Below are positions 23,327 to 32,000 of a DNA stretch of 32,000 nucleotides, one piece after another. Position 1 is the first letter of the stretch, and each line of letters begins with the position of its first letter. The DNA comes from Methanocaldococcus jannaschii DSM 2661. Its GTDB lineage: Archaea > AGJL01 > Methanococci > Methanococcales > Methanocaldococcaceae. A program made the translations under genes and the position numbers. The stretch is from the NCBI RefSeq assembly GCF_000091665.1, contig NC_000909.1, positions 1,514,837-1,546,836 of the forward strand, given 5' to 3'. The notes under the pieces are model-generated. The model saw only the letters and a program-made list of their open reading frames with translations. It was not told the origin of the DNA and ran no database searches.

Positions 23327-24489
23327 TGAGTATCACCTTTCAATCTCTTAATAAGTGGCATTATATGCCTCTCTTCAATAACAATTAAAGCTGGTAGTAA
23401 GGTTAAAACCACCACCATACAGAAGGAAATCCCTAAAGCACAGACCTTTCCTAAGTTTGCCATCATTGGTAATGGAGCTAAAACCAAAGCTAAGAAACCA
23501 ACTACTGTTGTTGCTGTTGTAGCCATAACTGCAGTTCCTGTTTCAACTACAGCTGTTTCTATTGCCTTATCTATTGGCATCCCTTTCCTTCTTTCTTCAT
23601 CATACCTATGCATCAAATGTATTCCGTAATCAATACCCAACCCCAGTATCAGAGAGCCTATTCCAGCGGTTGCCATATCCAAGGGAATGTCTAAAAGCCC
23701 CATAGCTCCTCCAGTCCATATAACTGCTATAAGCACTGGTAAGAGAGGCATTATAGAGGATAACGGCTTTCTGAAGTAGATAATCAATATTATTAAAATC
23801 CCAATTAGACCTACTGTTGTTGTAAAGCTTTGGCTCTCTTTCATTAACTCATCCATCAACTTCCTCATTGGTGGAGTCCCTGTTGCTATAACTTCAACTC
23901 CTGGAGGAAATGGAGTTTCTTCAATTCTTTCATTTACATCATCCATTACTCTCATTAGCTTTTTCTGGTCTCCACCAGCGTCAGTATATGCATTAACAAC
24001 TGTCATTGAATAGTCTGAGTTGAATATTCTCTTTCTCTTATCTTCTGGGAGTTTATTTAGGATATCTTTAACCGTATCAATGTCATTTGGCACAATACCG
24101 TTATTTTTTTGAATGATTATATCTACTGGAGAGCTTACGCTTGTTATCCCATCTACATATCTTAAATTATCCTCCAATTCTTTAATTGCTTTTAAAACTC
24201 TCGGGTCTCTTATATCAACAACTTTATCACTGCTATCTGAGGGTTTTAGCTTTATACAGATAGTTATGACATCAGTTCCTCCAAATTCATCCCTGACTTC
24301 ATATAGGGTTTTTATAATTGGATTGTCTTGAGGAAGCATCTTTTCAAAGGCAGTTTGAGATTTAACATTGGTTGCTGATATTCCAGCAAATACAGTTATA
24401 ATTAAGATAATTAGAAGCATTAGGAATGGTTTTTGTTCGGAGAAATGAGCAACTTTTTTTAATATTTCTCTAAGCATCAATACCACCAT
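23323..24489 (-). CDS. Half-size RND/MMPL-family exporter
   Basis: KMLPQDNPIIKTLYEVRDEFGG, IGSLILGLGIDYGIHLMHRYDEERRKGMPIDKAIETAVVETGTAVMATTATTVVGFLAL; single ~388-aa unit. ATG 24477 is an alternative start. Confidence 0.88.
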   Translation of the reverse strand: MVVLMLREILKKVAHFSEQKPFLMLLIILIITVFAGISATNVKSQTAFEKMLPQDNPIIKTLYEVRDEFGGTDVITICIKLKPSDSSDKVVDIRDPRVLKAIKELEDNLRYVDGITSVSSPVDIIIQKNNGIVPNDIDTVKDILNKLPEDKRKRIFNSDYSMTVVNAYTDAGGDQKKLMRVMDDVNERIEETPFPPGVEVIATGTPPMRKLMDELMKESQSFTTTVGLIGILIILIIYFRKPLSSIMPLLPVLIAVIWTGGAMGLLDIPLDMATAGIGSLILGLGIDYGIHLMHRYDEERRKGMPIDKAIETAVVETGTAVMATTATTVVGFLALVLAPLPMMANLGKVCALGISFCMVVVLTLLPALIVIEERHIMPLIKRLKGDTQ

Positions 24490-24499
24490 TATAAGGAAA

Positions 24500-24970
<471 letters not shown>

Positions 24971-25071
24971 TTAACTGTTTTTAGATAGAATTTTAGCGTG
25001 CCATCTTTTATTTATTTTTTAGTTTTATTTTTGTAATATAGCAATCTGCCATAGTCTCACCCGTTCATATT

Positions 25072-25089
25072 GTTCAAAATTTTTTGAAC
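25072..25089. promoter_or_regulatory. Palindromic sequence upstream of the GbsR-like regulator, candidate operator
   Basis: GTTCAAAA-TT-TTTTGAAC, perfect dyad 25072-25079/25082-25089, about 120 bp upstream of the regulator start. Confidence 0.4.
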
Positions 25090-25343
25090 TAACTGAATAA
25101 AATGTAATTAATGGGAAGGTATATAAAATTTACTAAAATTAATTAGAATAAATATTTAAATTTATAACTAAAATAGCTAAAAATGAAAACTTGAAAATAA
25201 ATAAAGGAAAATACTTAATATCAGAATGTTTTTATAGAACATAATGAATTTCATGTGTAATCATAAAAACATACTCTCAAGAAGTTTTATAATCCTTTTA
25301 TACCTTATATAAACTATAACAAAAAATTTTAAATGGTGATATT

Positions 25344-25856
25344 ATGGAAGTGATTATTAAAGCTAAGGTGAAGCCAACTGAAGATAAATATAAAGTTAAA
25401 AAAGCTATCTTAAACATATTTCCAAAGGCAAAATTAACATTTATTGAGAAAGATAATGAGTTTGGAGAATGGGAAGGAAAAACTAAGAGTGTAGAGAAGT
25501 TAAAGGAACTTTTAAGGAGTCAGTCAATATTAGATGCTGCAAGGATGGTTTTAGAGAAAGGAATGACAGAGAACGCAACAAAATTTTATTTAAATAAACA
25601 GGCAGCTTATGTAGGGGCCGTGAATTTTGATATAGACACACATGGTGGGATATTTGTTAAAATCTTGGCTGATGAAAATGAGGATATTATGAAGATAATT
25701 AAAGACATCGCCCCAAGAACTAAAGGAGGAGTTATAATTAACGAAGATGAATTAGAAGAGGAAGAAGAAAAAGAAGATAGTGAAGAGATTAAAGAAGGAC
25801 ATAAAGAAGAAAATAATTTAAAAATAAAGGTAATTGATAATTCATCCGGTGATTAG
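25344..25856 (+). CDS. RNA-binding protein of COG1325/PF01877 family
   Basis: VIIKAKVKPTEDKYKVKKAILNIFP...SQSILDAARMVLEKGM..NATKFYLNKQAAYVGAVNFD matches archaeal COG1325 proteins. Confidence 0.82.
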   Translation: MEVIIKAKVKPTEDKYKVKKAILNIFPKAKLTFIEKDNEFGEWEGKTKSVEKLKELLRSQSILDAARMVLEKGMTENATKFYLNKQAAYVGAVNFDIDTHGGIFVKILADENEDIMKIIKDIAPRTKGGVIINEDELEEEEEKEDSEEIKEGHKEENNLKIKVIDNSSGD

Positions 25857-27398
25857 ATGGACAATAATGAGATTATTGGCTACACAATAGGAGAAACAAG
25901 GATTGATGAATTAACATTTTTGGCTAAAGAAGCCCCAAAAGTTGGGGATTATGTTAAAATAAATTATGACGACTCTGAATTATTGGGAATGGTTGAAAGC
26001 ACAATCCAAGGAAACATGGCTTTAGAGGATATTTTAAACATTGAGCATTTAGAGAAAATTAGGGAGTTTGAAGATAACTCATCCTACTACATTTTAGGAA
26101 AGATAAAGGTATTAGGAGATATTAGAGATTTAAATAAAGATGGAGCTTTAAAGTTGCCGAGAGTTCCACCAAAGCCAGGAATACCAATTTACAGAGCAGA
26201 TGATGAGTTATTAAAAAAAGTTTTTGGTAATGGGCATTTAAAAATAGGGCATTTAGTTACAAGGGAAGATGTGGAGGTTAAATTAGACGCAAATAAATTA
26301 TGTTCAAGACATTTGGCTATATTGGCAATGACTGGGATGGGAAAGTCAAATACTGTAGCTGTTTTGTTAAGAGAGTTGAATAAGCTTAAAGCAACCGTTT
26401 TAGTTTTTGATATGCATGGAGAATATAAAGATATTTACTGCGAAAGTGAAAAGCTAAGAGTTCATATAATTGAGCCGAAAATAAATATCTATAGGATAAA
26501 TGATGATGATTTGTGTGATTTGGCTGGCGTAGATGCCCAAGCAACAAAGCAAAGACCATATATAAGAAAGGCGATAAAAGAAATTAAAGAAGAACGTAAA
26601 GAACATGATTTCAGCACAGTTGATGATTATATAAATGCAATAATTGGGAAATTGGAAGAATACAAATCAAATGATAATTATAAAAAAGATGAAAGTAGTA
26701 TTCAAACAGCCATATTTAGATTGGAAGATATGTTGCAGTTTAGAAAGAATATTATAACTCTTCACTATAATCCAATAAATGATATTAGGGAACATTATAT
26801 CAACATAATTCCAATGGAAGAATTGGATGAGAATGCTGTGGATATTGTTGTTTCTTATATAGCTAAAGCAGTTTTGGATGATAGGAAGAGGATTATTATT
26901 GATAAGGGAAGAGACTTTGCAAAACCAATATTTATGATTTTTGAAGAGGCACATTTAATAGCTCCACAACATAGAAAAACAAGGGCTAAGCATTATCTAA
27001 GCAGGATAGCAAGAGAGGGAAGAAAGTTTGGTGTTGGTTTATGCTTAGTTTCACAGAGACCTAAAACATTAGATGCTGAAACTTTATCTCAATGCTCTAA
27101 TCTAATAATATCTAAGCTTATTGAACCAACAGACCAAAAACATGTCCAAATGGCTTCTGAAAATTTGAGTGAAGATTTAGTTAAACAATTAACAAGCTTA
27201 AACATTGGTGAGGCGATAATTTTAGGACCGTGTATAAAAGTGCCAGCAATTGTTAAGGTAGATAAATTTGACGGAAGATATGGAGGAGAGGATTTAAATC
27301 TTGTTGAATTATGGGAAAAGGACTTTATAAATACTGAACGTTTAAAAACAGATGATATTGAAGAAAATGCCTTTGGAGATGATGATTTATTCTCCTAA
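25857..27398 (+). CDS. herA: HerA-like bipolar DNA helicase/ATPase
   Basis: ILAMTGMGKSNTVAVLLRELNKL (Walker A), PIFMIFEEAHLIAPQHRKTRAKHYLSRIAREGRKFGVGLCLVSQRPKTLDAETLSQCSNLIISKL. Confidence 0.95.
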   Translation: MDNNEIIGYTIGETRIDELTFLAKEAPKVGDYVKINYDDSELLGMVESTIQGNMALEDILNIEHLEKIREFEDNSSYYILGKIKVLGDIRDLNKDGALKLPRVPPKPGIPIYRADDELLKKVFGNGHLKIGHLVTREDVEVKLDANKLCSRHLAILAMTGMGKSNTVAVLLRELNKLKATVLVFDMHGEYKDIYCESEKLRVHIIEPKINIYRINDDDLCDLAGVDAQATKQRPYIRKAIKEIKEERKEHDFSTVDDYINAIIGKLEEYKSNDNYKKDESSIQTAIFRLEDMLQFRKNIITLHYNPINDIREHYINIIPMEELDENAVDIVVSYIAKAVLDDRKRIIIDKGRDFAKPIFMIFEEAHLIAPQHRKTRAKHYLSRIAREGRKFGVGLCLVSQRPKTLDAETLSQCSNLIISKLIEPTDQKHVQMASENLSEDLVKQLTSLNIGEAIILGPCIKVPAIVKVDKFDGRYGGEDLNLVELWEKDFINTERLKTDDIEENAFGDDDLFS

Positions 27399-28730
27399 AA
27401 CTTTCTTTTTTCTATACTCAATGACAATTTTCCCAACATAAACTCCAAGGATTGTAACGACTAATATTATCCAGAACTCCAATGGAAATCCAAGTATTTT
27501 AATGTGATGAAGTATTTCGTCTTTTCCAGAAGTTAATAACAAAATATGAGCTGCTTCTAAGGCATAGACACCAAAAATCCCAATTTCTAAAACTTCCATC
27601 GCCTCTCCAATAGCTACTTGGTATTTGGTATTTTCAGCCAATTGATTAGCTATCTTTCTCTCTAAATCTTCGGATATTGTAGTTAATAACCTTGTTAAAC
27701 TTGTTGCTAAGCTATCATTACTTTTTAAAATGTTTTCTATCTCTGCAATCCTATAAATTAATCTTCTTAGTTTTCTTTCTGCCTCAACTTTCTCTAAAAT
27801 CATTAAATCAAAGTCCCCAAAGTTTGGAGGATAAGAGGAGTTTAAAAACTCAACTATTTCTTTTAGATAACCGCAGACAATTTCTATTACTGCCAACTCT
27901 CTGTCTATTCTACTTAACTCTCCCCTAATTTCAGTTATATCCTCTAAATCAACTCCTGATGCAAGTGTGTTACTTATAACTTCCAATTTAGAGGCAATAT
28001 TATTTAATTTAAAAAACAAATCCCTTGAAACGCCAGTAATACTCCTTATAAAAGGATAGTAGTAGATAAATTTTTCAAACTTCTCTGGATTTTTATGTGA
28101 GATAAATATTCCAAAGTCTCCAAAGATTATTAACCCATCATCTATCTCAATTATATTCTTAACTGCTCCAATAACTTGACTAATCTCCAATATTGTATTT
28201 TCATCTATATTAACAACTGTTTCTGTTAAAACAGTAACGTGCTTATATACCTTTATCTCTCCATAGAGAGTTTCAAGTAAATATCTTTGTGGTGGAGATA
28301 TTAAATGGCTCATAATTCTTGAAGAGTCCAAGATTAAGTCAGGAATCACGAAAGAAAGATTATCTAAGCTTACAATCTCCTCTTCATCTCCAGCTTTTGT
28401 TATTTCAGAGGAGTAGATACATCTTCCAAGATAATCAACATATATAAAAACGTCTTTTTTCCTTTCCCCTATAATTTCAGCTGTAAATTTTACAGATGTT
28501 TCTGGAATAAATTCAATAATATTTACTGTTGTTTGATATTCAGATGTTTCAAAAACTGCTTTATACCTTATATCTCTCCTTTCTGATGCGGTAAAGTATT
28601 TAATTCTTTTTCTTTGATACTCTTTTAATGTAATCCTATCTATAAACTCAGTCATATAATTCTTTCCAAAAGGAATCCATTCAGTTAAGATTACCTTTGG
28701 ATTTTTTATTTTTAAATATTTGAATCCCAT
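27387..28730 (-). CDS. Uncharacterized protein with coiled-coil-like region and C-terminal TM segments
   Basis: 447-aa ORF; C-terminal hydrophobic helices ([18 protein letters not shown]; [23 protein letters not shown]). Confidence 0.75.
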
Positions 28731-29230
28731 AATGATACCTTCATTATGTAGCTTTTTGATTTATAGCTAATTTTATCAATCTTTGTAATCTCTATTTCTA
28801 ATTTTTCATTTTTAGATTTTATTATTATTCCATTCTTTGTTATTTGGATTTCTTTTAGTCTCCCATTTTCCAATAATGTTTTATCAATTGTCTCTTTATC
28901 TTTCTGGTTGAAGTTGTAATCTATCTTTTTTCCAATACTATATCCAACAATAAACTCATTTAACCCTCTGACTGATAGTAAAATCTCATTTAAATAATTG
29001 TTATCCAAGAGATAATTTAAATCATTTATTGCTTCATAAGAGATATTTATGAATTTTATTTCATCTTCCCACATAAACGGAGTTGGGGCATAGTCATAAC
29101 CTTTAAAGACATCTAATTTTATAAAATAATATATAAGAGCAAATAAAACTGTCTGTTTAACCCATCTCTTTTTATTTCCATTTGTCAATAGGTTTATTAT
29201 ATAATGTAACTTCTGCTGATTCTCATTCAT
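28712..29230 (-). CDS. Uncharacterized protein
   Basis: Track ORF 28712-29239; ATG 29230 ([15 protein letters not shown]) behind GTGG preferred. Overlaps the start of the 447-aa gene. Confidence 0.7.
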
Positions 29231-29232
29231 TG

Positions 29233-29754
29233 CTACCACTCTTTTATAACCTCATATATAGGACCGTTTGGAGTTAAAGTTGATTTATAAAGCTTTATGT
29301 GTTTTGCTTCAAACTCTCCAAAATCTACATCTTTATATTTTTCAATTCTATCTTTTAATTTTTTCTTGTTATCAATGAATTTAACTCTACCAATTGTTAA
29401 GTGAGGAACATACTCTCTTTCTTTTTTAAATCCTAAGTTTGATAGTTTTTCATCAATTTCTTTAAAGATTTCTACAAGATTATTATTGTAAGCTCCAATC
29501 CATATAACCCTTATATAGTTAGAGTTTGGGAATGTTCCAATATATTTTAGCTTTATTTTTATTGGCTGAATTGATAAATCTAAATTCAATATTTCTTTTA
29601 ATTTTTCTTCATCAACTTCTCCTAAGAATTTAACGGTTATATGTAAGTTCTCTTTCTCAACTAACTTTATCCCTTTCATTTTAAACTGTTCTTGAAATTT
29701 GGCTATCTCTTCCTTTATATTTTCTGGGATGTCTATAGCCAAAAACAGCCTCAT
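29233..29754 (-). CDS. thpR: RNA 2',3'-cyclic phosphodiesterase (2'-5' RNA ligase family)
   Basis: [28 protein letters not shown] and [10 protein letters not shown]: the two HxTx motifs of the ThpR/2H phosphoesterase family. Confidence 0.94.
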
Positions 29755-29762
29755 CCTATCCC

Positions 29763-29915
29763 TCAGTATCTTAGCAGTATAGGGATACCTTCAACTATAT
29801 CATAAACCCTATTACATTTTTTACATATCAACTTATTTTTATTTTTGTTTAAGTATAAATCTCCTCTACAGTATGGACATTGTAATATTTTCAGATATTT
29901 TTCAATCCAGTGCAT
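29763..29915 (-). CDS. Trm112-like (UPF0434-like) small zinc protein, absent from the supplied ORF track
   Basis: My own translation: MHWIEKYLKILQCPYCRGDLYLNKNKNKLICKKCNRVYDIVEGIPILLRY*; CPxC...CxxC...YxIxxGIPxLL is the Trm112/UPF0434 pattern. Ends 8 nt before the thpR ATG. Confidence 0.85.
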   Translation of the reverse strand: MHWIEKYLKILQCPYCRGDLYLNKNKNKLICKKCNRVYDIVEGIPILLRY

Positions 29916-30071
29916 GATATCACTGAATCTTATATTTTTCAAATACTATATTAAAAATTCCATTAAAATAATATTTAGTATCTCAATTTTGTCAATTTTA
30001 ATTTTATGTAACATTTTTTTATATTAGCTCAAGACATTTTTAATAAACTTTAAACAAAAAAGTTTAAATAG

Positions 30072-30102
30072 TATTATCAACATTAGATATGATGATAACA
30101 CA
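30072..30102. promoter_or_regulatory. Imperfect dyad upstream of cbiM, candidate metal-responsive operator
   Basis: GTATTATCA-N13-TGATAACAC: near-palindromic half sites (8 of 9 positions complementary). Confidence 0.4.
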
Positions 30103-30129
30103 ATTAAATAATACCAAAAGGGTGAAACT

Positions 30130-30798
30130 ATGCACATACCAGATGGCTACCTTGGCCCAATAACATGTGCTTTCTTCTATTTGATAATGATACCAATTTG
30201 GTATAAGAGTATTAAAGAGCTTAAAAAGTTAGACCCAAGAAAGTTGCCATTGTTGGGAGTTTTAACAGCTTTCTCTTTCTTAGTTATGATGTTCAACCTT
30301 CCAGTTCCAGATGGAACAACAGCTCACATGGTTGGAGGGACATTGATAGCAATATTGATGGATAATCCATGGGTTGCGACGATAGCAATATCTATTGTTT
30401 TAATTATACAGGCAATATTCTTTGGAGATGGGGGAATAACTTGTATTGGAGCAAACTGCTTCAATATGGGTGTTGTGTTACCGTTTGTTGGTTATTATGT
30501 TTATAAATTCTTAAGAGATAAGGTTGGAGAAGTAATTGCAAGTGGTATTGGGGCTTATGTTGGAATTGTTGCAGCAGCAATTGTTGCAGGCTTTGAGTTT
30601 GGATTACAGCCATTTATAGAGCCAGGTTATTGTCCATACCCTTTCACCGTCTCAGTTCCAGCAATGGCATTTGCTCACTTGATAACAGCAGGACCTGCAG
30701 CAGCGGTAGTAACTGCAATAGTTGTTTGGTATGTAAAGAAAGTAAGACCTGATTTATTCACATCAAAAGAACAGCAAGTTAGTGGGGTGAATGCATGA
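30130..30798 (+). CDS. cbiM: CbiM/NikM-type ECF transporter substrate-capture protein (cobalt or nickel)
   Basis: N-terminal MHIPDGYLGPITCAFFYL, FGDGGITCIGANCFNMGVV and C-terminal AHLITAGPAAAVVTAIVVWYVKK are CbiM motifs. Confidence 0.94.
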   Translation: MHIPDGYLGPITCAFFYLIMIPIWYKSIKELKKLDPRKLPLLGVLTAFSFLVMMFNLPVPDGTTAHMVGGTLIAILMDNPWVATIAISIVLIIQAIFFGDGGITCIGANCFNMGVVLPFVGYYVYKFLRDKVGEVIASGIGAYVGIVAAAIVAGFEFGLQPFIEPGYCPYPFTVSVPAMAFAHLITAGPAAAVVTAIVVWYVKKVRPDLFTSKEQQVSGVNA

Positions 30799-31142
30799 AT
30801 TGGCAAGACCCCTTAGTTAAAAAGTTTCTCTATTTAATTGTAGCTATGGTAATTCTCTGTCCTCTTGGAATATTGTTAGTTTGGAATTATGGAGATGCGT
30901 GGGGAGAATGGGGACCAGAAGATGTTGCTGAAAAAGTTGGGGAAGATAAAGTTAGCGGATTACTACATTTAGCGGATATTTGGAGCTATGCTCCTCTTCC
31001 AGACTATGATATTCCAGGATGGGATGACCCATTTCATGCATCTATAGGATACATAATATCTGCAATAGTTGGAGTAATACTATGCGTTGGGGCATACTAC
31101 GCACTTATAAAGATTGTAAATCCAAAAGCAGCGGCAGGATAA
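30795..31142 (+). CDS. cbiN: CbiN-type cobalt transport component
   Basis: Overlaps cbiM; GWDDPFHASIGYIISAIVGVILCVGAYYALIKIV, two TM helices flanking a loop. Confidence 0.9.
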   Translation: MNWQDPLVKKFLYLIVAMVILCPLGILLVWNYGDAWGEWGPEDVAEKVGEDKVSGLLHLADIWSYAPLPDYDIPGWDDPFHASIGYIISAIVGVILCVGAYYALIKIVNPKAAAG

Positions 31143-31313
31143 TTTTTTTACTTTTTTAATTTCTATATTCATCTTCTATTATTTTTGGAGTGATTTTAAT
31201 ATAATAATTTTAAAGATTTTGATAATTTTTATTGAATAATTATAAAAATTGTAATGTAATTATTTTGATTGTTTAAAATATATAATATAAAAAGCAGAAT
31301 TATTCGTGAAAAT

Positions 31314-32000
31314 ATGAACAATAAGTTATTTGATAAAACAATAGAGCATGTAATAAAGTATTTAAATGAGAACATATTTTTTGAAAAATACACAAGAATA
31401 TCAGGGCTTTTACAGAATATAGAAAGTAGGATAAAGATAATATCCTTAGTTATATTTCTTGTTGGAAGTGTTCTATCCAAGCATATTTTAACTTTAATCA
31501 TATTTAACTCAATTGCATTAATTCTTGCATATTTATCTAATATACCCCTATTACAATATTTAAAAAGAGTTTATGTATTTATTCCAATTTTTGCTGGAAT
31601 AATTGCCATTCCAGTAATGTTTAACTTTATGACTCCTGGAAAAGATGTTTTTGTTATTTTAAATAACCCCCACATCTCTATAACTTATGAGGGGCTTATA
31701 TATGCTATAACATTTACTTTGAGAGTAGCAACATGTGTATCATTTGCAGTCCTCATCCCTATAACAACACAATGGAATAAAGTTACCTCTGCCATACATA
31801 AATTAGGAGTTCCTGAGGTTGTTATCACTATAACAAACCTTGCCTATAGGTATATATTTTTACTTTTAAATTTTGTATTGGACATGATGTATTCAAGAAA
31901 ATCAAGAGTCGTTAATAAATTGGGAATGGTGGAGAGTTGGAAAGAGGCAGGAAAAGCCATTGGAGCATTATTTATAAAAACTTATCAAATGGGGGAAGAC
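31314..32000 (+). CDS. cbiQ: CbiQ-type ECF transporter transmembrane component, partial
   Basis: My own translation from ATG 31314: MNNKLFDKTIEHVIKYLNENIFFEKYTRISGLLQNIESRIKIISLVIFLVG..., open to the window end; LTTQWNKVTSAIHKLGVPEVVITITNLAYRYIFLLLNFVLDMMYSRKSRV is CbiQ-like. Confidence 0.88.
   Translation, partial: MNNKLFDKTIEHVIKYLNENIFFEKYTRISGLLQNIESRIKIISLVIFLVGSVLSKHILTLIIFNSIALILAYLSNIPLLQYLKRVYVFIPIFAGIIAIPVMFNFMTPGKDVFVILNNPHISITYEGLIYAITFTLRVATCVSFAVLIPITTQWNKVTSAIHKLGVPEVVITITNLAYRYIFLLLNFVLDMMYSRKSRVVNKLGMVESWKEAGKAIGALFIKTYQMGED

Noticed and set aside
29757-29787. Inverted repeat TATCCCT ... AGGGATA as a possible terminator or operator
   Set aside because: Only 7 bp with a 17-nt loop, and it lies mostly within the end of the Trm112-like coding sequence; weak by chance expectation.
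29845-30027. 60-aa plus-strand ORF
   Set aside because: Overlaps the start of the minus-strand Trm112-like gene and has no family features.
31229-31501. 90-aa minus-strand ORF
   Set aside because: Antisense to the beginning of the CbiQ coding region; low-complexity translation.

Overview
Gene-dense, AT-rich archaeal chromosome. From remembered protein sequences and gene order it looks like Methanocaldococcus jannaschii, roughly the MJ1537-MJ1571 region; that is recall, not a search. Recognisable genes: L-seryl-tRNA(Sec) kinase (pstK), MTA/SAH/5'-deoxyadenosine deaminase, an 808-aa OLD-like ATPase, ketol-acid reductoisomerase (ilvC), a DUF4143-type AAA ATPase, an archaeal HMG-CoA synthase/thiolase/DUF35 cluster, a beta-propeller lipoprotein, aspS, TYW2/Taw2, an ACT-domain protein, a THEP1 NTPase, an MFS transporter, a GbsR-like regulator/half-size RND/CARDB-rich protein cassette, HerA, ThpR, and the start of a CbiMNQ ECF transporter locus. 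No rRNA, tRNA, CRISPR or intact transposon was recognised. I found no convincing large new multi-gene system. The observations most worth a second look are: (1) an MntA/HepT (MNT-HEPN) pair sitting between HMG-CoA synthase and thiolase, whose HEPN gene appears to be split by a single-base frameshift; (2) a stand-alone OLD-like ATPase whose Walker B glutamate and Toprim acidic residues look substituted; (3) two small genes absent from the ORF track, a CooT-like protein (13205-13378 +) and a Trm112-like zinc protein (29763-29915 -); (4) a compact 95-bp element bounded by perfect 16-bp inverted repeats just upstream of pstK, and a double-hairpin element before the DUF35 gene; (5) candidate operators upstream of cbiM and upstream of the GbsR-like regulator.
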